Source of the DNA: Octopus vulgaris
Taxonomy: Eukaryota
Length of the DNA: 64,000 nt
Direction of reading: 5' to 3'
Assembly: GCA_951406725.2 (NCBI GenBank)
Contig: OX597833.1
Span: forward strand, 33,728,001 to 33,792,000
The notes beneath the pieces were generated by a model, which was not told where the DNA came from, made no database searches, and saw only the letters and a program-made list of their open reading frames with translations. This document shows, one piece after another, positions 57,041 through 64,000 of this stretch (position 1 is the stretch's first letter; the number at the start of each line of letters is the position of its first letter). The position numbers and the translations under genes are program-made.

Positions 57041-57316
57041 GACGGTCTTCTTTCAGTTTCCGTCTACCAAATGTGTGTATGCAAGTGCGCGGGCACGTAT
57101 TTGCATGTGCGCATTTGTGTTTGTGTTTGCCTCTCACTGCTTGACAACCGGTATCGGCTTGTTTACGTCACCGTAGCTGCTTGGAGGTTTCAGATCAGAG
57201 ACCGACAAAATGAGTACTAGACTTACTGGGATAGATTTACTCGATTAAGCCCTTTAAGGTGGTGACACAGTATAGATCTAGCGCATTAATTGAAACAAAT
57301 AACAAAATTAAAAGAA
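56741..57316. mobile_element. Two SINE family 2 3' halves in inverted orientation (56741-57070 minus, 57071-57316 plus)
   Basis: Both match the 3' half of 45068-45465 on opposite strands. Confidence 0.65.
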
Positions 57317-57329
57317 TATATTAGAACCT

Positions 57330-57580
57330 TCAAAGTTGCTGGTTCTCGCACTTTCTGGAGATCTGCCTTGCTCATAAAACATTTTAGAGTCATCAAAACC
57401 GCCGAATTTCACAATCTTTGATTATCTGCCCTCTTGATCTAGTATATCGTAGTTGTCAAAATCGCTCTCTCTGGTGATCTGCTTTATTGAACTAACATAC
57501 TATAACTGTCAGAGCCGCTGACTCACAATCTCTGGTGATCTGCGTTTTGCACATGTATACCATTAAAGAAATTGCAGTCA
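57330..57580. repeat. Old ~60-bp tandem repeat (4 units)
   Basis: Units begin at 57330, 57393, 57456 and 57509 with TCARARYYGC and end in a TCTGGTGATCTGC-like core. Confidence 0.65.
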
Positions 57581-57948
57581 GAAAGCCAAGTTTCATCGTC
57601 AACCGAGGATCAGTAGTTGAAATTCTAAAATGCTCAAATATTGACCTTTTAGAGTATTACTCACCCCTGTAACAGACAACGAGAGAGCCCTAATCTAGTC
57701 GAATGACTTGCAAGCAAAGCAGCCAAAAATCCCACAAATAATACTTTACATCCTATTGCAATAAAGGGCTCGTCGGGATGTGGCATTGGACTTCTTGAAG
57801 GTTTGGGCAGAGGAAGACAGGATGCTGATGAATGCGATATCTTTGATTATAGCACCCCACTTGATGAAGGCAAAACAACAACAGCAGCAACTCATCTACG
57901 GGGAGGTATTTTTGTTGCTATTGCTGTTACTACTACTACTACTACTAC

Positions 57949-58011
<63 letters not shown>

Positions 58012-58028
58012 TAATAATAATAATGATG

Positions 58029-58117
<89 letters not shown>

Positions 58118-58120
<3 letters not shown>

Positions 58121-59017
58121 CAGAACAGCAACGAACCATGATAAAACGATGGCAAGAAAAGCCCCTTCATGGTAAATACTGCACTAAACTAAACGCAAAA
58201 GAAATAGACAAAGAAAAATCCCAGCAATGGTTGAGAAGCTCAGGACTCAAAGCAGAGACAGAGGGATTTTTAATTGCAGCACAAGACCAAAGCCTCCCCA
58301 CCAGAAATTACCAAAAACATGTAATGAAAAGAAATATTACAAGCAACTGCAGAATATGTGGAGATGGACAAGAAACAATAAATCATATTATCTCTAGCTG
58401 CCCAGTCCTGGCTAAGAAGGAATATATTCACAGACATGACAGAGTTGGAACCTACATACATTGGAAGCTATGCCAACATTATGGAATAACAACAGAAAAA
58501 AGATGGTATAGGCACACACCAGAAAAGGTCACAGAAAACGAGAAAGCAACCATACTCTGGGATATGCCGATACACACAGATAGAGAAATTAAGGCCAACA
58601 GACCAGATATAGTTGTCAGAGATCATGAAGAAAAAAAATGCTTTTTAATTGATGTATCAATACCGGCAGATGACAACGTGTCTCTAAAAGAAATGGAGAA
58701 ACTCTCAAACTACAAAGACCTGGAAATAGAGGTAACTAGAATGTGGAATCTGAAAACAGAAACAATTCCTATCATAGTAGGTGCATTAGGCATGATAAAA
58801 AAATATTCAGACAAATACATAACAAAAACACCAGGACTTACAAACACATATAACATACAGAAAATTGCACTACTAGGCACTGCCCACATCCTACGCAGAA
58901 CACTTTCCATACAATAACCATCAGAGCATCACAACAAATCACAGCACATATCCAAGGCACACAGAGCTGCGCTCGGTAGTGAAGTGAAAGCACGCTATAT
59001 AAATAAAAATGAAACTA

Positions 59018-59021
<4 letters not shown>
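58118..59021 (+). mobile_element. Dong/R4 subfamily A, 5'-truncated, with an uninterrupted 259-aa C-terminal frame (58138-58917)
   Basis: KPLHGKY, LKAETEGFLIAAQDQSL, CRICG..HIISSC, RHDRV, RPDIVV..LIDVSIP..KLSNYKDL; (TAA)n flanks. Confidence 0.93.
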
Positions 59022-59076
<55 letters not shown>

Positions 59077-59099
59077 TAATAATAATAATGATGATGATG

Positions 59100-59184
<85 letters not shown>

Positions 59185-59185
59185 G

Positions 59186-59272
59186 TAACTGGTACATCAC
59201 ACGTAATTAACTGGTACATCACACGTATTAACTGGTACATCACACGTATTTAACTGGTACATCACACGTATT
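59186..59272. repeat. 4 x 21-22-bp tandem repeat TAACTGGTACATCACACGTA(W)T
   Basis: Directly visible; no unique spacers. Confidence 0.9.
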
Positions 59273-59463
59273 GAGAAGAGCATTGTCGATGCGAGAACTG
59301 TTGCTGTTCATGTATTTTAATTTAACTTAAAAAAAAAAAAAAAATGAACGAACTACTGAGTTTGGTTTAATGGCCTACCAATGAATACTATGAGTTTCTT
59401 TGCCCTAGGAGTCGGGAAGACACTCGGCAAGAAATGGAAACAAATTTGAAAGAAGAAAAAAAA

Positions 59464-59518
<55 letters not shown>

Positions 59519-59543
59519 TATTAATAATAATAATAATAATAAT

Positions 59544-59996
59544 ACAGCAAATATTCTGCTCAATACCACAGATTTGCTTGTCAGTTGTTTGACCGTAACC
59601 AGTTGAGCATGTCCCTTAGTGGCTGACGATATGTGCATCTCTGATCACGAGCAGAAGTAGTGGGGGAGCATCATAGCCATGCGTTGAGAGGGATTCTTTG
59701 GGGTTTGAATAGTTCACCTCTGGAAACATGGGTGGTTCTTTCAACATCCTTAAACAACCCTTATTCAGGGACCGTTTGAGCGGGATGGGCTACTCAACCT
59801 GAAGAAAATTCTAACTGGGCCCCACCTGCAAGGTCATGTGCTGTTTATCTTGATATGAGATCACCATGTCGCGCACATATGGTTGTGATGCATGTGCCTG
59901 GTGTACCTTTATCAGACGGGTAGTCATGATGGGTATATTGGGCTTCGTATATTTTACCCCAGTGTCACTTTGATAGCATGAACTGCTCCCTCACTC

Positions 59997-60041
<45 letters not shown>

Positions 60042-60522
60042 TGTTTTATCTTGGTATAAAAGATGGGCTACAGCAAATATTCTGCTCAATACCACAGATT
60101 TGCTTGTCAGTTGTTTGACCTTAACCAGTTGAGCATGTCCCTTAGTGGCTGATGATATGTGCATCTCTGATCACGAGCAGAAGTAGTGGGGGAGCATCAT
60201 AGCCATGTGTTGAGAGGGATTCTTTGGGGTTTGAATAATTCACCTCTGGAAACATGGGTGTTTCGTTCAACGTCCTTAAACAACCCTTATTCAGGGACCG
60301 TTTGAGCGGGATGGGTTACTCGATCTGAAGAAAATTCTAACTGGGCTCCACCTGCAAGGTCATGTGCTGTTTATCTTGATATGAGATCACCATGTCGCGC
60401 ACATATGGTTGTGATGCATGTGCCTTGTGTACCCTTATCAGACGGGTAGTCATGATGGGTATACTGGGCTTCGTATATTTTACCCCAGTGTCACTTTGAT
60501 GGCATGCTCTGCTCGCTCACTC
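59544..60522 (+). mobile_element. Two tandem family X copies (59544-59998, 60042-60522) in (TAA)n
   Basis: Near-identical to each other and similar to 6285-6727. Confidence 0.85.
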
Positions 60523-60662
<140 letters not shown>

Positions 60663-60682
60663 GGATGATGATAATAATAATA

Positions 60683-61625
60683 AAAGCGCATGAAAACCCG
60701 TGATTCTGAATGATAAATGGCAAGAAAAACCTCTCTATGGCAAATACCCAAAGAGAGCGAATAATGCAGATGTTGACAAAGCCCTGACCCATCAATGGCT
60801 AATGGCCTCTGGCTTAAAATCTGAAACAGAGGGGTTTATCATAGCAGCTCAAGATCAATGCCTACCAACAAGAAACTACCAGGCCAACATATTAAAGATT
60901 GGCAGTAGCCCAACGTGTCGTGTATGCCAGCAACAAAATGAAACCATTGATCATGTGGTCTCCAAGTGCAGTCTTCTAGCGCCTACAGAGTATCTCAACA
61001 GGCATGATAGAGCTGCACAATATATTCACTGGGTAATCTGCAAAAATCTGGATTTGCCCCATGAAAAAAACTGGTGGGAACACAAACCACACCCAGTGCT
61101 TGAAAATGACCACATCTCACTCCTCTGGAACTTCACCATTCAAACTGACAGAAAGATAGATGCAAATAGGCCAGACATCACATTGAAAGACTTCAAACAA
61201 AGAACATGCCTCCTCATTGATATGACTGTCCCAATCGATATAAACGTATCTGTCAAGACCTACCAAAAACTGAGCAAATATAAAGATCTTGAAATAGAAA
61301 TCAGCAAAATGTGGAACCTGAAGACTAAAACAATACCTGTTGTCATAGGTGCCCTCAGATACCAGGAAACCCCAAAATGGCAGAAATTCAAAAGATAGTG
61401 CTCATGGGAACTGCTCATATCCTACGCAAAATACTTTCTATGTAATCTCAAGGTTTAAAACAAACATTTTTTTTTTTTTTAGACATCCACTAGTACAACA
61501 CAAAAAACAACCAAATATATGGCACACTAGGCATAACAACAACGTGAACTTCCAACCTGTTGTCTCTTGAAGTTTCCGGGTGAGACTTGGAGCCAACTTG
61601 TACAAATATAAAGCAAAAGTCAAAC

Positions 61626-61627
<2 letters not shown>
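60683..61627 (+). mobile_element. Dong/R4 subfamily D, 5'-truncated
   Basis: KPLYGKY, CRVC..ETIDHVVSKC, RPDITL..LIDMTVP..KLSKYKDL; ends in (TAA)n. Confidence 0.9.
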
Positions 61628-61687
<60 letters not shown>

Positions 61688-61714
61688 TTATTACTTCTAC
61701 TGTTGCTGCTGCTG

Positions 61715-61770
<56 letters not shown>

Positions 61771-62230
61771 GATACTACTAATACTACCACCACCACCACC
61801 ACCACCACCACTACCACCACCACTACCACCACTACATCACTAATACTATATCTTGCAGTTTCAATTTTCCTATATACAGCGTGACTCAGAAGTGACTTTA
61901 GCATTCAAATGAAATATAACAATAAAATACTAAAGGGACTTATGAATTATCTTGCAAATTGGTTTCAAATTTTGACTCAAGGCCAGCAATTTCTGGGGAG
62001 GGATAACTCGATTACATTGATCCCAGTTTTCAAGCTTTATCGACCCGGATGAAAGGTAAAATCGTCCAATTTTCTCTGACAGGTTAGGGCATGGATTCCT
62101 CCAAACGGACGCATATGTCGCTTAGTGGGATCGGCCCATCATTTGCTTCACAAATTTTTTGTCGTCAATACTTCACTTCCCGTATCACCTGTTTTAACAT
62201 AACTGTTTCAACATAACTATGCCATTTTTA

Positions 62231-62259
62231 ACCCGAGCAACGTCGGGTATCTCAGCTAG
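62231..62259 (+). mobile_element. Helitron 3' terminus
   Basis: Hairpin ACCCGAGCAACGTCGGGT followed by CTAG|T, same style as 9756-9783. Confidence 0.6.
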
Positions 62260-62666
62260 TAAGAAATATTTATATGTCTTTGTAACGAAAGCTTTTCTAA
62301 AATCTCAAAATTTTAATTTTTAATATATTTTCATTAAAACATTAAAATGTGGATTTTACGCTCCTTTTATTTAAATAAAAGCGGCTCTTGACTATTGAAT
62401 TAAATCGGAAACGAATTCTAAATCCCTGTGAAACCTACTTCCTCTTCTATGTCTTTGAATCTATCAATTTCTTTTCAACATCAACCGAGCACAAAGGTAC
62501 GATGTGTGTATTCGTATCTTGCATTTGAGAATACAAAAATTTAAAAAAATTTAAATGCGATGCATCTTTTTAGAAGGAGGTGAATAATTTTGAAATTTCT
62601 AATATTTTATCTTTGGATCATTCTTATCAAAATATCCATGTGATTCAATTATTGAATCTCAATATT

Positions 62667-63112
62667 GATTTCTAATTTTGGTCCAAGGCCAACACTATCG
62701 GGGACGGATGTAAATCAATTATATCCACCCCAGTGCTCAACTGGTATTTATTTTATTGACTCCGAAAGGATGAAAGGTAAAGTCGACCTCGGCGGAATAT
62801 GAACTCAGAACATTAAGACAGACGAAATGTCACTAAGCATTCGCCCGGCGTGCTAACGATTCTGCCCAATTGAATCTTAATATTAATAATACTTTAAAGG
62901 CGGCGAGCTGGCAGAATAGTTACCACGCCAAACAAAATGCTTAGCGGCATTTCGTCTGTCTTCCAGTTCAGAGTTCAAATTCCGCTAAAGTCGATTTTGC
63001 CTTTCATCCTTTCAGGGTCGATAAAGGAAGCTCCAGTTGAACTTTGAGATCGATGTAATCGACTTGCCCCCCTCCGACGAAATTGCTGGCCTTGTGCCGA
63101 AATTTGAAACCA
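62667..63112. mobile_element. Head-to-head pair of SINE family 1 (62667-62866 minus; 62897-63112 plus)
   Basis: Same SINE motifs on opposite strands about 30 bp apart. Confidence 0.85.
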
Positions 63113-63156
63113 ATTTTAATAATGCTTTCGCTAGCATAATTTTCAACAAATTATGG

Positions 63157-63594
63157 GGATCTCTTCGGTCTGAACGGCAGTTTTTAACATAATTTCTAGG
63201 TAACTAAAAAATTTTAAACTTCGTATACTTGGTAGAATGTGTTTAGAAAACATCTTTTTCTCTTGGCTTTATTGAGAAAATTCTGTAGTTTGTAAGATAT
63301 TTGTTGTTGTTTTTTTCTTCAATTTCTTCAATTTCAACCAATCAATGACCGTCTATTGAGGTGAAAACATTCTGTGCCGTATGAATATGTCCTTCGTTTA
63401 AGAAACAGATTGGGTTTATTTACATTTCTGAGGAAAAAAAGATACCCTTCCACCACCCCCAACCCTAACCCTAACTCTGACCCTAATCCTAAAATAGATT
63501 GAAATGCAATAGATCGATACTAGGGTCATAATTATGGGTGACAATTTCATATGACACCGCTAGAAAAAAACTGCCGTTCAAACCGAAAAGATCT
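63157..63594. mobile_element. MITE with ~29-bp TIRs and a probable 8-bp TSD
   Basis: GATCTCTTCGGTCTGAACGGCAGTTTTT / AAAAACTGCCGTTCAAACCGAAAAGATC; flanks AATTATGG / AATTACGG. Confidence 0.8.
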
Positions 63595-64000
63595 AATTAC
63601 GGCGATATTTGCATTAACAACGCCCGTTTCATTTTCATAAAAGTGAAACAATTTTAACCATTGATATCTTCTTTGGTGGGTAGGGATCTAAATTTCGGTG
63701 ATAAAACAAACAGCACTATTTTACTTCGAGATTGAGTGAAAGCAATGAAACAAGCCGTTTAAATGTATGTGTGTGTTGTGTGTGTGCGTGTGTGCGCGTG
63801 CGTGTTGTGCGTATGAGGTGTGTGTAGGAGGTATATGTGAGGTATACGTGCATTGATGTATATGCGCGTGCGTGTATATGGGCGTGTGTGTGCGTGTATG
63901 CGTGTGTGTATGTGTGTGTGTGCATGTGTGTGTATGAGCGTATGTGTATGTGAGTGTTTGTATGGAGCTGTGTTATGTAGAGGTATATGTGCGTTACTGT

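Noticed and set aside
57330-57580. CRISPR-like repeat-spacer pattern
   Set aside because: The repeats are too degenerate and the linkers partly similar; better explained as an old minisatellite.
58138-58917. Stand-alone host nuclease gene (259 aa)
   Set aside because: It is the 5'-truncated C-terminus of a Dong/R4 LINE, with near-identical copies elsewhere in the window.
59186-59272. CRISPR-like array
   Set aside because: No unique spacers, eukaryotic context and no cas genes; it is a simple tandem repeat.
62897-62990. tRNA gene
   Set aside because: The A/B-box-like head belongs to a multi-copy SINE; no complete cloverleaf.
63463-63492. Telomere or chromosome-fusion site
   Set aside because: Only about five imperfect units, located inside a MITE.

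Overview
AT-rich, microsatellite-dense eukaryotic DNA; the repeat families look like those of an octopus or other coleoid cephalopod (inference). The left third (~1-23 kb, minus strand) carries one multi-exon gene for a secreted animal heme peroxidase-fold protein (MPO/peroxinectin-like). I reconstructed a non-coding exon 1 and 11 coding exons, all GT-AG with matching phases and no stops (626 codons), with the last exon(s) off the left edge. The protein has lost the distal His, the heme-linking Asp, the proximal His and the Asn that orients it, but keeps the Ca-binding loop and distal Arg/Glu, so it looks like an intact pseudo-peroxidase. The rest is transposon-derived: Tx1-clade LINEs in (GATA)n or trinucleotide arrays, a dense nest of Dong/R4-type LINEs in (TAA)n, a Penelope-like element, several foldback remnants with minimal hammerhead-ribozyme motifs, an RTE fragment, Chapaev3-like and Tc1/mariner remnants, Helitron pieces, MITEs and two SINE families. 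Most ORF-track entries are microsatellite artefacts.
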